A stretch of 47,465 nucleotides of DNA, taken from the NCBI GenBank assembly GCA_037442105.1, contig JBBIQV010000023.1:1-47465 (forward strand), given 5' to 3'. Below the pieces are notes generated by a model. It made no database searches. It worked only from the letters and a program-made list of their open reading frames with translations, and was not told the DNA's origin. Within the stretch, counting starts at the first letter, position 1. Each line of letters opens with the position of its first letter. Shown here one piece after another: positions 19,177-29,670 of the stretch. This DNA is from Nitrospiraceae bacterium (lineage in GTDB: Bacteria > Nitrospirota > Nitrospiria > Nitrospirales > Nitrospiraceae). The position numbers were made by a program, and so were the translations under genes.

Positions 19177-20526
19177 TCATCCCATCGTCCGCATCAACTG
19201 GACGAGCTGCCGTCGCCCACCAGCGCCGGTCAGCGCCTTGGCCATCTTCCGCGCCGAGAGGAACTGTTTAAGCAAACGATTCACTTCCTGTACACTGGTT
19301 CCGCTTCCCCTGGCAATCCGCTTTTTTCGGCTCCCATTCAGAACGGTGTGATCGCGCCGTTCCTTCGGCGTCATGGAATCGATCATCGCCACGACCCGTT
19401 TCATTTCCTTCTCCGGCAGTTGGCCGTTGGTCATCTCTTTGAGTCGTTGTCCACCGGGAAGCATCCCAAGGATCTGATCGAAGGACCCCAGCTTATCGAC
19501 TTGCTTCAATTGGTCGCGAAAGTCCTCTAACGTAAGACTCGTGCCGGTCAGCTTCTGCCTAGCCGCTTCAGCTTGCTCCTGGGTAAAGGCTTCCTGCGCT
19601 TTCTCGATAAGGGACAGCACATCGCCCATGCCAAGAATGCGCGAGGCCATCCGGTCCGGGTGAAACACCTCGATCGCGTCCAGCTTTTCTCCCACGCCGA
19701 GGAACTTGATCGGCTTTCCGGTGACCGCTCGGATAGAGAGCACCGCTCCGCCGCGCGCATCGCCCTCGACCTTCGTGAGGATCACGCCGGTCAGTCCTAC
19801 GCGTTGATCGAACCGAGTGGCCATCGTGACGGCATCCTGGCCCGTCATTGCATCGGCCACCAGGAGCACTTCCTGTGGCATCACAGCTTGCTTGACCGCT
19901 ACCAACTCCCCCATCAGCTCGTCGTCGATATGAAGCCGCCCGCCGGTGTCGAGTACAACCAAGTCATAGCCCTGATCGCGGCCCCGCTCAACGCCTGCTT
20001 GGCAAATCCGGACGACATCTTCCTGCAACGCATTGGCCTGATCAAACCGGTGGACATCGATGCCAAGTTCGCGGCCTAAGCTCGCCAACTGATCACCGGC
20101 CGCCGGCCGCCGAGGATCCGCCGCCACAAGCAGCACGCGCCTACCCTGATTCTTGAACAGCCGGCCAAGCTTGCCGCATGTCGTGGTCTTTCCCGCTCCT
20201 TGGAGCCCCACCATCATCACGACGGTCGGAGGCATCGAAGAGAGACTGAGGCCGGCGCGCTCGCGCCCCATCATTTCCCGCAGTTCGTCCCATACCACCT
20301 TGACGACTTGATGGCCCGGGGTCAGGCTTTGGAGCACCTCTTGACCGATCGCATTGACACGAACGCGCTCGATGAACTCCTTGACGACCTTGAAGTTGAC
20401 ATCGGCTTCGAGCAGCGCCAGGCGGACCTCCTTCAAGGCATCCGCAATGTTCTGCTCGGTCAGCACACCATGACCGCGCAGTTTCTTCAGGATTTTCTCG
20501 AACTTATCACTTAGCGCATCAAGCAT
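19177..20526 (-). CDS. ffh: Signal recognition particle protein Ffh
   Basis: ALLEADV, GLQGAGKTT, DTGGRL, DARGGA, RILGMGD, M domain RIARGSG. Confidence 0.97.
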   Translation of the reverse strand: MLDALSDKFEKILKKLRGHGVLTEQNIADALKEVRLALLEADVNFKVVKEFIERVRVNAIGQEVLQSLTPGHQVVKVVWDELREMMGRERAGLSLSSMPPTVVMMVGLQGAGKTTTCGKLGRLFKNQGRRVLLVAADPRRPAAGDQLASLGRELGIDVHRFDQANALQEDVVRICQAGVERGRDQGYDLVVLDTGGRLHIDDELMGELVAVKQAVMPQEVLLVADAMTGQDAVTMATRFDQRVGLTGVILTKVEGDARGGAVLSIRAVTGKPIKFLGVGEKLDAIEVFHPDRMASRILGMGDVLSLIEKAQEAFTQEQAEAARQKLTGTSLTLEDFRDQLKQVDKLGSFDQILGMLPGGQRLKEMTNGQLPEKEMKRVVAMIDSMTPKERRDHTVLNGSRKKRIARGSGTSVQEVNRLLKQFLSARKMAKALTGAGGRRQLVQLMRTMG

Positions 20527-20607
20527 GGCCGCACAAACAAAGAGGCAATCGAAGCCTTCGCCTGGATCTCCGATCGCCTCGAAAAGCCTAAAAAAAGAGT
20601 GTCATGC

Positions 20608-20637
20608 AGTTTAATAGGCAGCCCCCGGAGAAGTCAA
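20608..20637 (-). promoter_or_regulatory. Putative sigma70 promoter for the ffh operon
   Basis: TTGACT-18-TAAACT. Confidence 0.4.
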
Positions 20638-20724
20638 GAGACCGAATTGAACCTGAATTGAGACGCACAGCGTCGGCGGACTACTCCGAGGCCCACAGCC
20701 TGTACGTCACAGTCCTGCAATTTG

Positions 20725-20753
20725 TTGACATCAAAACGGGCTTCCGATATGGT
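20725..20753 (+). promoter_or_regulatory. Putative sigma70 promoter for the DUF4321 gene
   Basis: TTGACA-17-TATGGT. Confidence 0.45.
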
Positions 20754-20804
20754 GCCATCATTGTCTCAGGCCGACTACGCAGGGTCGATTAGGAGTCAGA
20801 CCGG

Positions 20805-21065
20805 ATGAGAAAATCGCCAGGGGTGCTGCTGATCTTCATCATGATTGGCGGGTTGCTCGGGGGCATTCTTGGCGAAATTTTGCGTGTGATGGCTCCCCAT
20901 GGAACCATTCAAAACATTTTTTCCACCGCCCTCAGTCCGGGCATCAGTCCTCCCCTCACCATCGACCTGATCCTCCTGCAATTCACCATCGGGTTCAAAC
21001 TCAAAGTGAATCTCCTCAGCTTCTTAGGCATGTTCTTGGGTCTCTACCTCTACAAGCAGGTGTGA
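20805..21065 (+). CDS. Small membrane protein, DUF4321-like
   Basis: Hydrophobic N- and C-terminal segments, IDLILLQFTIGFKLKVNLLSFLG pattern; SD AGGAG. Confidence 0.7.
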   Translation: MRKSPGVLLIFIMIGGLLGGILGEILRVMAPHGTIQNIFSTALSPGISPPLTIDLILLQFTIGFKLKVNLLSFLGMFLGLYLYKQV

Positions 21066-21069
21066 TCCT

Positions 21070-23076
21070 TCACCGTTTCAATTCCAGATCCCTCATTCTC
21101 AGATCCCGAATCCGATTGCGCAACTCAGCCGCTCGCTCGAACTCCAATTCTTTCGCCGCCGCTTTCATCTCGGCTTCCAATCGTTGAATAGTTTCTCCCT
21201 TATCCTCTTGCCGCGCGTAGGCTGCGACCGGCTCGGCCACGAGATCCAACTGGAGATAATCCATCTCGGCCGCCGCATATTCTAACGCCGGAATTTCCTT
21301 CTTCACGCTTTCCGGCGTGATGCCATGCGCCTCATTGTACTCTGCCTGAAGGCACCGACGGCGCGAGGTCTCCTCGATCGCCAGTCGCATCGACTCCGTC
21401 ATGACATCGCCGTAGAGAATCACTCGCCCCTCGACGTGACGCGCCGCACGTCCTGCTGTCTGAATCAGCGACCGATGTGAGCGCAAATACCCCTCCTTGT
21501 CCGCATCGAGAATCGCCACGAGGCTCACTTCCGGAAGATCCAATCCCTCCCGCAACAGGTTGATCCCGACCAGCACATCGAAGACACCGCGCCGCAGGTC
21601 CCGGACGATTTCCGCACGTTCCAGTGTTTTGATGTCCGAGTGAAGGTAGCGAACCTTGACGCCGAGATCGTGATAATACTCCGTCAAGTCCTCCGCCATG
21701 CGTTTGGTCAACGTCGTGACGAGCACTCGACTTCCCTTCGCCACCTCCGAGCGGACCTCTCCCAGCAGATTATCCACCTGTCCCTTTGCCGGGCGGACCT
21801 CGATCATTGGATCCATAAGGCCGGTCGGACGGATAATCTGCTCCACCACGTCCTTCCCGGCATGATCCAGTTCGTAAGGGCCCGGTGTCGCAGAGACATA
21901 CACCACCTGGTTCAGACACCGTTCAAACTCTTCAAACTTGAGAGGACGATTGTCCACAGCGGACGGGAGCCGAAATCCGTACTCCACCAGGGTCCTTTTT
22001 CTCGAATAGTCCCCCTCATACATCCCGCCTACTTGGGGAATCGTGGCGTGCGACTCATCGACAATGAGCAAGAAATCATTAGGGAAGTAATCCAGCAGGG
22101 TCGGTGGCGGCTCGCCGGGTGCGCGGCCGCTCAGATGCCGCGAGTAGTTTTCGATCCCATGACAGTAGCCCATCGCGCGAATCATCTCGAGATCGAACTT
22201 GGTACGCTGCGCGATCCGCTGCGCTTCCAGCAGCCGGTTGTTCTTGCGGAAGTAGGCAACTCGCTCATCGAGTTCCTCTTCGATCCCATTAATGGCCCGT
22301 TCCCAGCGGTCCGGATGAATCAAGTAGTGCGTATTGGGATAGATCGGCACCTTTGGCAGCTTGCCCAGCGACTTGCCCGTGAGCGGATCGATCTCGTGAA
22401 TCGCGTCCACCACATCGCCGAAGAGCTCCACCCGCACGGACACGGCATCATTGGATGCGGGAAAGATTTCGATCACGTCGCCACGCGCGCGAAATGTCCC
22501 GCGATGAAAGTCCGCATCGTTCCGTACATACTGAATCTCGACCAGCTTCGACAGAATCTGTTCACGCCTGATTTCCATCCCTTCTTCCAGATAGAGCAAC
22601 ATGCCGTGATAGACCTCCGGCGAACCAAGGCCATAGATGCAGGAGACGGAGGACACGATGAGCACGTCGTTCCGCTGCAACAACGACGTCGTCGCCGAGT
22701 GCCGCATCTGATCGATCGCGTCGTTGATCGAGGCGTCCTTCGCGATGTAGGTATCGGTCTGGGGAAGATACGCTTCCGGCTGGTAGTAGTCGTAGTAGCT
22801 GATGAAGTATTCGACCGCGTTGTGCGGGAAGAACTGTTTAAACTCTTGATAGAGCTGCCCTGCCAGCGTCTTGTTGTGAACGAGCACCAGCGTCGGCTTC
22901 TGCACATGCTCGACCAGGTTGGCCATGGTGAAGGTCTTGCCCGATCCCGTGACCCCGAGCAACACCTGGTGCTTCTTGCCGGCGTTCACCCCGGCGGCCA
23001 GATTCTCAATGGCCCGCCCCTGATCTCCGCAGGGCTTGAACGGCGCTTCTAGCTTAAATTGATGACCCTTCGACAT
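21070..23076 (-). CDS. uvrB: Excinuclease ABC subunit B
   Basis: [32 protein letters not shown]-terminal UVR domain; start at 23076 or 23079 because the longer ORF start lies inside a repeat element. Confidence 0.97.
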   Translation of the reverse strand: MSKGHQFKLEAPFKPCGDQGRAIENLAAGVNAGKKHQVLLGVTGSGKTFTMANLVEHVQKPTLVLVHNKTLAGQLYQEFKQFFPHNAVEYFISYYDYYQPEAYLPQTDTYIAKDASINDAIDQMRHSATTSLLQRNDVLIVSSVSCIYGLGSPEVYHGMLLYLEEGMEIRREQILSKLVEIQYVRNDADFHRGTFRARGDVIEIFPASNDAVSVRVELFGDVVDAIHEIDPLTGKSLGKLPKVPIYPNTHYLIHPDRWERAINGIEEELDERVAYFRKNNRLLEAQRIAQRTKFDLEMIRAMGYCHGIENYSRHLSGRAPGEPPPTLLDYFPNDFLLIVDESHATIPQVGGMYEGDYSRKRTLVEYGFRLPSAVDNRPLKFEEFERCLNQVVYVSATPGPYELDHAGKDVVEQIIRPTGLMDPMIEVRPAKGQVDNLLGEVRSEVAKGSRVLVTTLTKRMAEDLTEYYHDLGVKVRYLHSDIKTLERAEIVRDLRRGVFDVLVGINLLREGLDLPEVSLVAILDADKEGYLRSHRSLIQTAGRAARHVEGRVILYGDVMTESMRLAIEETSRRRCLQAEYNEAHGITPESVKKEIPALEYAAAEMDYLQLDLVAEPVAAYARQEDKGETIQRLEAEMKAAAKELEFERAAELRNRIRDLRMRDLELKR

Positions 23077-23110
23077 CATAATCATCCTACCAAGGACAAC
23101 AGAATCGCTT

Positions 23111-23319
23111 CTAGCAGGATGCCCCCAAAGGCTGCCGGCTTTGTTCCTGCCCGCCTGCCGTGCACAGCACGGCCAGGTTTCGCGTCGTTCATAACACTCG
23201 TGAGACATGAAGCGTTGCGGAAAGGACAAGTCGCCTACGGTCGCGCCTGTGGAAAGACGCGTCTCGGCGCGCCGCGGTCGGGCTGATGAGAAGGACGGTC
23301 TTTTTGATCACCCTGCAAG
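23111..23319. mobile_element. Degenerate MITE-like element
   Basis: Imperfect terminal inverted repeats ctagcaggatgcccccaaag / ctttttgatcaccctgcaag around about 200 bp of non-coding DNA. Confidence 0.55.
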
Positions 23320-23392
23320 CTATGCCGGCGCTGTCGCCACGCACAAGATCACAACAGCTTTTCGAACGAAAACTCAGTTTCTCTTTAGCTTG

Positions 23393-24259
23393 TTAGATCT
23401 TACTCTTAATCCGCTCAAACCGCTCTGTCAGTAGGACGCCGTTGGCCTTCAAGCCGTTTGTCTGCATGGTCTGCTGCACGGCTTGGATGCGATTGGAAAA
23501 GTTCGGGTGGGTTTTGAAAAACGCTTGGTCGTCGCCTTTCAGAGCTCTGAGCCGGTTTAAGAACGTCACATAGGCGGCTGGGTCGTAGCCGACGCGAGCG
23601 GCGAACACATCCCCGATCTGATCCGCCTCGATTTCCTTTCCCTGGTCCAATCCTTCATCCAGCAGCTTCTTCACCGCATTGTCGATCACGCTCTTGAACG
23701 CCTCGGGATTTTGCCCCGCATAGGCGAGTCCCGCTTCGGTCACTCCGGCGATCTGTTTCGACCGCTGAATGACATCGAGGATATGTTTCTGCGACACGTG
23801 AGCGATTTCATGGCCCAGCACCGCCGCCAGCTCCGCTTCGTTCTGCACATTCTTGAGTAATCCGCGCGTCACGAAGATGTAGCCGGCCGGCGCGGCAAAG
23901 GCGTTGATCGAGTCGTGATTCAGGATTGCAAAGCGGTAGGGGATATCCGGCCGGTCGCAGGTGTTGGCGACCGAACGCCCGACCAGATTGACGTACCGGA
24001 CCAGTTGCGGATTATTGACGACGCCTCCATACCTCGCCACGACTTGCAACGCGATCGCCTGCCCGATGGAGGACTCTTCTTCATACCCGATCGGCAGAAG
24101 CCCGGCGACCAAGCTACCGGTGCCCCGGATCACTCCGGCCAGCCGCTCATTGCCGGATTGGCGCGCCGCTTGTTCCGCCGCCTGTTGCAGTTCCGCGCAG
24201 CTTCCAAGAGAAAGAGACAGGGTGATCAGACCGAGAACGGCGGAGAGTTTATTTCGCAT
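23393..24259 (-). CDS. M48 family zinc metalloprotease, lipoprotein
   Basis: Lipobox LSLGSC, INAFAAP, ELAAVLGHEIAH (HExxH), EIEAD, AGYDP-like RVGYDP, THP. Confidence 0.9.
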   Translation of the reverse strand: MRNKLSAVLGLITLSLSLGSCAELQQAAEQAARQSGNERLAGVIRGTGSLVAGLLPIGYEEESSIGQAIALQVVARYGGVVNNPQLVRYVNLVGRSVANTCDRPDIPYRFAILNHDSINAFAAPAGYIFVTRGLLKNVQNEAELAAVLGHEIAHVSQKHILDVIQRSKQIAGVTEAGLAYAGQNPEAFKSVIDNAVKKLLDEGLDQGKEIEADQIGDVFAARVGYDPAAYVTFLNRLRALKGDDQAFFKTHPNFSNRIQAVQQTMQTNGLKANGVLLTERFERIKSKI

Positions 24260-24761
24260 ATTCGCCCAGCCCTCCTTCCTTCAGAAACTCTTCGACCTCC
24301 TGATCAGGAAGCTGATAGGCCGTCATGCGATCAACCGCCTCACGATCCCGCTGCGAAATGCCGGTGCGATTCGCATACCCTTCCGACGCCTTGTCCAGCC
24401 CGCGCGCACCCGCCGACGCAGTGGTGCCGGACGCCTCCCCACGTCTCATGCTCCGGCCGAGTTGCGCGAAGGTGTCGCTCCCACCGGATGGTTTGGTGCT
24501 GGAGACTTTGTTGGAAAAGATCCAACCCTGGACACCGGCGGCAGTCTTCACCTGAAGCCAGTTCCCATCCTTACCTGTGACCTCCAGAGCATCTCCAAGC
24601 TTCACATTCGCAACGACCGCATCCAGCGAAGTCTTGCCCGACCGCAGTTGCGCCGTCTTAGCCTGCACGTACACGGTCTCCGCCTGGGCATTCCCGCCTA
24701 TGAACAGCAGCGCCGAACAGACGATTCCACCGTAAAGCCACGCGAGCTTTGTCCGTCTCAC
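24249..24761 (-). CDS. Secreted SH3 (SH3_3-like) domain protein
   Basis: Signal peptide, LRSG...G..LEVTGKDGNWLQVKT...QGWI; GTG start with SD GGAGG; overlaps the M48 start. Confidence 0.75.
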   Translation of the reverse strand: MRRTKLAWLYGGIVCSALLFIGGNAQAETVYVQAKTAQLRSGKTSLDAVVANVKLGDALEVTGKDGNWLQVKTAAGVQGWIFSNKVSSTKPSGGSDTFAQLGRSMRRGEASGTTASAGARGLDKASEGYANRTGISQRDREAVDRMTAYQLPDQEVEEFLKEGGLGEYAK

Positions 24762-24869
24762 AGTACCCTCCACCTTGAAAATTCTCGTCAATCGTCAACC
24801 GTCATTCGTGGCAGAAAATCGTCATCGGCTTTTCTCGTTCGACAAATGGCGATTGACACCATATCACGC

Positions 24870-26996
24870 CTACTTGGATTTCAGTTCGTACACTCCGTCC
24901 CAATCGACCGGCGGCGGCGCCGCGAGATACGCGACCGTGCGTTCTCGATAGACCTTAGATGGCCCATCAGTAGGATCTAAATCAAGTGCTGCTTCGAACC
25001 TCGCCTTCGCCGTCGCGAAATCTCGCGCCTTATATGCACTCAATCCTTCCCGATACAAGGCCACGAGTTTCTGCTTCTCGGAACTGAGGCTCCCTTTGCG
25101 GGCCAGCAATTCATAGACGACCACCGGCTCGTGCTTCCCCTTCACCCTCATCCGGTCCACTTCGCGCGTCTCGATGTCCGCACTCGCCAGCTCCGCCGTG
25201 CGGGGCCCGAGCAGGATCAAGGTATCATAAAACTTATTGGCCCCTTCAAGCCGCGAGGCAAGGTTCACGCTGTCCCCCATCACCGTATATTCCAGCCGCT
25301 CCTGCGAACCCATGTTCCCCACCACCAGTTGGCCGGAGTTGACGCCGATGCGGGCCGCAATCTCCGGATAGCCCTGCGCTTTCCAGGTTTCCCGCAGACG
25401 TGCGAGCTCTACTTGGCTCTCCAGTGCAGCGTAGCAGGCCAGCGTCGCATGATTCGGATCGCCGAGCGGTGCGCCGAAGATCGCCATGATCCCATCGCCG
25501 AGATACTTGTTCACGTTGCCTCGATGCTTCCGGATGATGTCCGTCATCGCGGACAGGTAGAGATTCAACAGCTCGACCAGCCGTTCCGGCGGCAGTTGTT
25601 CGGAGATCGTCGTGAACCCCGCGACGTCGGAGAAGAACACCGTCAGTTCCTTCTTCTCGCCGCCCAGCTTGATGTCCTCCGGGTTACGCATGATCTCTTC
25701 GACCACCTCGGACGACATGTACTTGTCGAACACCGCCCGCAATTGCCGGCGCTGACGTCCCTCCGTCACATACTCGACCGTGGCAGCGGCGCCGAACGTC
25801 ACAGCCCAGGCGCCAAGCGGGAACACGAGTTCCAGCCAGAGCCCATGAGAAGTAAAAGCATGGATCGTGAGCGCGTAATACCCCAGGGCGATACCAAGCC
25901 CCATCAGGAGCTTCAGGATGTTCCGACGCAGGAGCATGAAGCTCCAGGTCATCCCAAGACACAGCAACAATGTCGCGCCCACAAAGGCCCAATATGGAGC
26001 CTCGCGCAGGAACCGGCCCCGCAGCAGATTGTCCAGCGCCGCCATGTGGATCAAGACGCCCGAGGTGAACGGGGAGAGTGGTGTCACCCGCAACTCATAA
26101 GTTCCCGCCGCGGTTGTCGCCACGAACACGATCTTGTCCTTGAACAGCGCGGGGTCGAGCAGCGGTCGTTCGCCCTTCTGCTGCTGTGCGAACGACTGCA
26201 ACACCGCCCCCATCGAATAGGACGGATAGGTCCCGGCATCGAGCGTACCGTGCCAGTCGATCAGCATGGAGCCGTCCTTGGTCAGAGGCACGGTGAGGGA
26301 ACCGACGCGGAGACTACCACGCTCGATCGCGACCTGCCCAACACCCTGGAGTTTCGCTGCCACGGCCAACGCCAGATGAGGCAGGTAGCTGTCACCCAGA
26401 CGACTGATCAACGGAATCCGCCTCGTCGTGCCGTCGCGATCCGGCGTCAGGTTGATGTAGCCGAGCCCGCTCACCGCTTGAGTCAACGGCGGAATCGGCC
26501 CTTTCACGCCCGAGCGCGGCGCGAGCACCGTTCCGGGAGCATCGACCCGGAGCGCGGCTTTCGCCAGCACTTCCGGCGCCGCCGGCTGCGGCTCATCCTG
26601 AAACAGAATGGGAAGAAACACATGGCCGGCTGACCGGATATCGTCGGCAAACGATTGGTCGAACTCCTCCGCGTTCTCGTCCGGCTCCAGAAACAACACA
26701 TCGAACACGACTGCCTTCGCGCCCGCCTCCTTGAGATACCGCACGACGTACCCGTGACGGTCGCGAGGCCATGGCCATCGCCCGAATGCTTCCAGGCTCG
26801 CTTCATCTACCGCCACGAGGGCGATGTCCTGGCTGGCCTTCGCCTTGTCGGCATAGTGCTGAAACCGGTAGTCGAGCGATTTCAGCTCCGCCACATCGAG
26901 CCACCCCGCCATGTGAAGCAGCACGGCAAGCAGGAACACGACGCATCCGACCACCGTGGCGACCGCGAGTTTCTTGAGTCGTTTTGCGCGATCCAT
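24870..26996 (-). CDS. CHASE2-domain class III adenylate cyclase with C-terminal TPR-like helices
   Basis: VAVDEASL..FGRWPWPR (CHASE2), 3 TM, FSDVAGFT, KYLGDG, YTVMGDSVNLASRLE, VKGK, WDGVY; start at 26996 or 27029. Confidence 0.9.
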   Translation of the reverse strand: MDRAKRLKKLAVATVVGCVVFLLAVLLHMAGWLDVAELKSLDYRFQHYADKAKASQDIALVAVDEASLEAFGRWPWPRDRHGYVVRYLKEAGAKAVVFDVLFLEPDENAEEFDQSFADDIRSAGHVFLPILFQDEPQPAAPEVLAKAALRVDAPGTVLAPRSGVKGPIPPLTQAVSGLGYINLTPDRDGTTRRIPLISRLGDSYLPHLALAVAAKLQGVGQVAIERGSLRVGSLTVPLTKDGSMLIDWHGTLDAGTYPSYSMGAVLQSFAQQQKGERPLLDPALFKDKIVFVATTAAGTYELRVTPLSPFTSGVLIHMAALDNLLRGRFLREAPYWAFVGATLLLCLGMTWSFMLLRRNILKLLMGLGIALGYYALTIHAFTSHGLWLELVFPLGAWAVTFGAAATVEYVTEGRQRRQLRAVFDKYMSSEVVEEIMRNPEDIKLGGEKKELTVFFSDVAGFTTISEQLPPERLVELLNLYLSAMTDIIRKHRGNVNKYLGDGIMAIFGAPLGDPNHATLACYAALESQVELARLRETWKAQGYPEIAARIGVNSGQLVVGNMGSQERLEYTVMGDSVNLASRLEGANKFYDTLILLGPRTAELASADIETREVDRMRVKGKHEPVVVYELLARKGSLSSEKQKLVALYREGLSAYKARDFATAKARFEAALDLDPTDGPSKVYRERTVAYLAAPPPVDWDGVYELKSK

Positions 26997-27129
26997 TTGT
27001 TCCCGGGCGTTATGATGCCGCGCAGACAACGTCCGAACCGGCGCCAGGGTCGCCGATTCCCTGCAATGGAAAGTGGTGGCATCCTCCTAAAGAAGCGAAG
27101 GGAAGGGAACAGGAGGGAATACCGACAAA

Positions 27130-28737
27130 TCAGGACACGTCGTCCGCACACCGTACGCCAAGCATCGGCCCCCAGTAGGTGACCTCGTCCCAGCCCCGAT
27201 AACTCGCCCGAAGGTCAGGGGGCTTTTCGCTCCACTCTCCTCCGCGCAAGACCCGGAAGGAGCCGCGCAACGGCCCTTGCGGATCGCGAGCGGGAGACGT
27301 CTGGTAGAAATCTTCCGCGTACCAATCCTTCACCCACTCCGACACGCTGCCGATCAGGTCGAACACGCTATAGGGCGACATGGTGGCAGGTTGGCGACCC
27401 ACCGGCTCCGTACTGTTGTTCCCGGCCTTGAGTTCTGCATTCTTCGCTCGGCTCTTCACCACCTCACCGCTGTTGCCCCAGGGGTAGCGCCGGCCGTCGG
27501 TCCCACGCGCTGCTTTTTCCCATTCGGCTTCCGTCGGCAATCGCTTACCGCGCCACTCACAGTAGGCACGCCCCTGCGTCCAGGTGATGCCCGTCACCGG
27601 ATGTTCCACGCGCTGGGGATCGTCGAACGCCTGGCGGTCTTTCGGCGGGCTGCAGCCTCCTCCCTCGACACACTGCCGATACTGAGCATTCGTCACCTCG
27701 TACTTGTCGAACCAGTACGAGCTAAGATAGACCCGGTGCATCGGACGCGCGTCCGGCAGGCCATCTTCCGCCCCCATCCAAAACTCGCCGGCCGGCACCA
27801 GCACCATCCCTTCCGGTGGAACGATGCCGCGCTGGGCCAATTTCTGCAACTCCTCTTCCTGGCCAGCCCGAAGTTGCTCGTTTACCTTGGCAATCGCTTC
27901 CTCTTCGCTGGCCGTCGGCGGCTGTTCCCGCGCAGGAATCGGGTGGGGACGCGGCGGCGCGGCGGCCGAAGGATCGCTCTTAGATGACCCGCCGGCGACC
28001 GGAGCCGGCGACGTCGAGGCAGTGTCCGGATTTCTTACCGTCTCGATCCGCACCGAAGTCCGGACGACCTCTTGCGCAAGGTTTTCCTCCTCGCCGCCGC
28101 CCTTTGATTCTTTGCGTTTCTTTCCGATGACGGTGAAATCGAAATCCGGGATATTCGCCAGCAATGGAGTCGCATAGGTAACCGGCACCGCAAAGGACAT
28201 GCCTTCAGGCACAATGCCGGAGGGATGGCTGAACTTGGTGGTAAGGATACCGATTACCTCTCCGTGTCGATTGAAGACCGCTCCTCCGCTATTGCCGGGG
28301 TTGACCGCCGCATCCACCTGAAAAACCCGCTGCACACCCTTCGTCCGCACCGCTGCAATCCGCCCGCGGGTCACGGACACTTCCCGGAGACCGAACGGAA
28401 AACCGACGGTGATGACTTCCTGGTCGAGCCGGACAGAACCGGCATAGCCGATGGGAGCCTCGGTCAGCCCCACGGTCTCGATTTTGAGCAACGCAAGGTC
28501 GTGTTCCGGATCGGCACTGACGAGCGTCGCCGGCGCGCGAAATTCTCCCGGCGTCACCACGACAATCCGCCGTGCGTTGACGATAACGTGATGCGCCGTC
28601 AGCACATATCCGTCGCTGTGTACGATGACCCCGCTTCCCGCCGGTTTCTCCACGGCCCCGCCCGGTCGCTCTGCCGCCCAGAGGCCGCTCGGGTTACCGA
28701 CGATCACAAGCCACAAGAAATACGCCATCCGTCTCAT
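27130..28737 (-). CDS. Secreted trypsin-like serine protease fused to an FGE-sulfatase (SUMF1-like) domain
   Basis: TAHHV / HDLALL / GNSGG catalytic triad; Pro-rich linker; KYEVTN, RLPTEAEWEKAARG, RVLRGG, GVRCA. Confidence 0.85.
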   Translation of the reverse strand: MRRMAYFLWLVIVGNPSGLWAAERPGGAVEKPAGSGVIVHSDGYVLTAHHVIVNARRIVVVTPGEFRAPATLVSADPEHDLALLKIETVGLTEAPIGYAGSVRLDQEVITVGFPFGLREVSVTRGRIAAVRTKGVQRVFQVDAAVNPGNSGGAVFNRHGEVIGILTTKFSHPSGIVPEGMSFAVPVTYATPLLANIPDFDFTVIGKKRKESKGGGEEENLAQEVVRTSVRIETVRNPDTASTSPAPVAGGSSKSDPSAAAPPRPHPIPAREQPPTASEEEAIAKVNEQLRAGQEEELQKLAQRGIVPPEGMVLVPAGEFWMGAEDGLPDARPMHRVYLSSYWFDKYEVTNAQYRQCVEGGGCSPPKDRQAFDDPQRVEHPVTGITWTQGRAYCEWRGKRLPTEAEWEKAARGTDGRRYPWGNSGEVVKSRAKNAELKAGNNSTEPVGRQPATMSPYSVFDLIGSVSEWVKDWYAEDFYQTSPARDPQGPLRGSFRVLRGGEWSEKPPDLRASYRGWDEVTYWGPMLGVRCADDVS

Positions 28738-29522
28738 GGTCGAATCGGAATCGCCACACTAATCGCGCCGGCGTTTTGTCCCAGCTTGAGCCCCTCGCGA
28801 GGATAGCCGGTTCGGTCCGGTTCCCCTTTCGGCTCGCCATGACAGTCCAGACACCGCCTGGTCGTGTACAGCGGAAACATCAGGCGTAGCGAGTCGCTCT
28901 TCGCCGTGACTTCGCTCACCGCCTTTTCCCGCGGGTAGGATGGATCGGCAAACGCTTCGAGCGCCGCCCGTTCATAGGAATCCGGCGCATTCGCGGGATT
29001 GCGAGGCGCCAGCGCCGTTTGTTTCAGCAGCACGCCGGTTCGCTCGGTGAAACGGCTCGCGACTCGCGCGCCGAAGATCGCCGGAATAAACCCTTTCTCC
29101 CCGGGACGAGGCTGTCTGATTTCCGGTTGCGCTTCCGCCACCACCTGCTTGCTGGCCGAAACCAGCTCCTTCAACAACCGTTTACTTCTCTCCGGAATCC
29201 GCGCGCTATCGAGTTCGCGCAAATCGGTGCCCGATCGACTAAGAAAGACCTCGATCAGTTGCCGCTCGAACGCCTCAGGCGTGAATCCTTTGCCGGACTT
29301 CTCCATCTCACCGAACAGCGGTTGGTTCTCGTTCACGACCGCACGCCCCGAGTCCAACAGGATTGCGAGCAAGCGCGCCGTCGTTTCGAGTTCAAGGATG
29401 GTTTGAAAAGGAACGCCAGCTTCCAACCGACGATCCTTGGCGCAAGCAAGCTCGCTGCCCGCCCAGCCAGACCAGGAAAAAACAAGTAGGGTCGGGAGAA
29501 GCCATTGCAGGCGACTACCCAT
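28734..29522 (-). CDS. Periplasmic DUF3365 (Tll0287-like) monoheme c protein
   Basis: Signal peptide, PRNPANAPD, CLDCHG heme motif, GAISV; ATGA overlap with the downstream gene. Confidence 0.8.
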   Translation of the reverse strand: MGSRLQWLLPTLLVFSWSGWAGSELACAKDRRLEAGVPFQTILELETTARLLAILLDSGRAVVNENQPLFGEMEKSGKGFTPEAFERQLIEVFLSRSGTDLRELDSARIPERSKRLLKELVSASKQVVAEAQPEIRQPRPGEKGFIPAIFGARVASRFTERTGVLLKQTALAPRNPANAPDSYERAALEAFADPSYPREKAVSEVTAKSDSLRLMFPLYTTRRCLDCHGEPKGEPDRTGYPREGLKLGQNAGAISVAIPIRP

Positions 29523-29616
29523 GATATCGACCCTGTTACGCACGAATTATCGGAGGGAAACGCGAAGCGCGACCCCTTGTCCGCGGGGTTGCAGACAAGG
29601 GGCCGATTACAAACGG

Positions 29617-29645
29617 ATGGTACTGTCGGTTCCAGGTGAAGTCAA
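29617..29645 (-). promoter_or_regulatory. Putative sigma70 promoter for the DUF3365 operon
   Basis: TTGACT-17-TACCAT; hairpin ccccttgtc/gacaagggg in the leader. Confidence 0.45.
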
Positions 29646-29670
29646 GACGTGGCAGGCCGCCACCCTTCTC

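Noticed and set aside
21640..26633. Long + strand ORFs 21640..23052, 23961..24980 and 25131..26633
   Set aside because: Antisense to uvrB, M48/SH3 and the cyclase; no recognisable domains.
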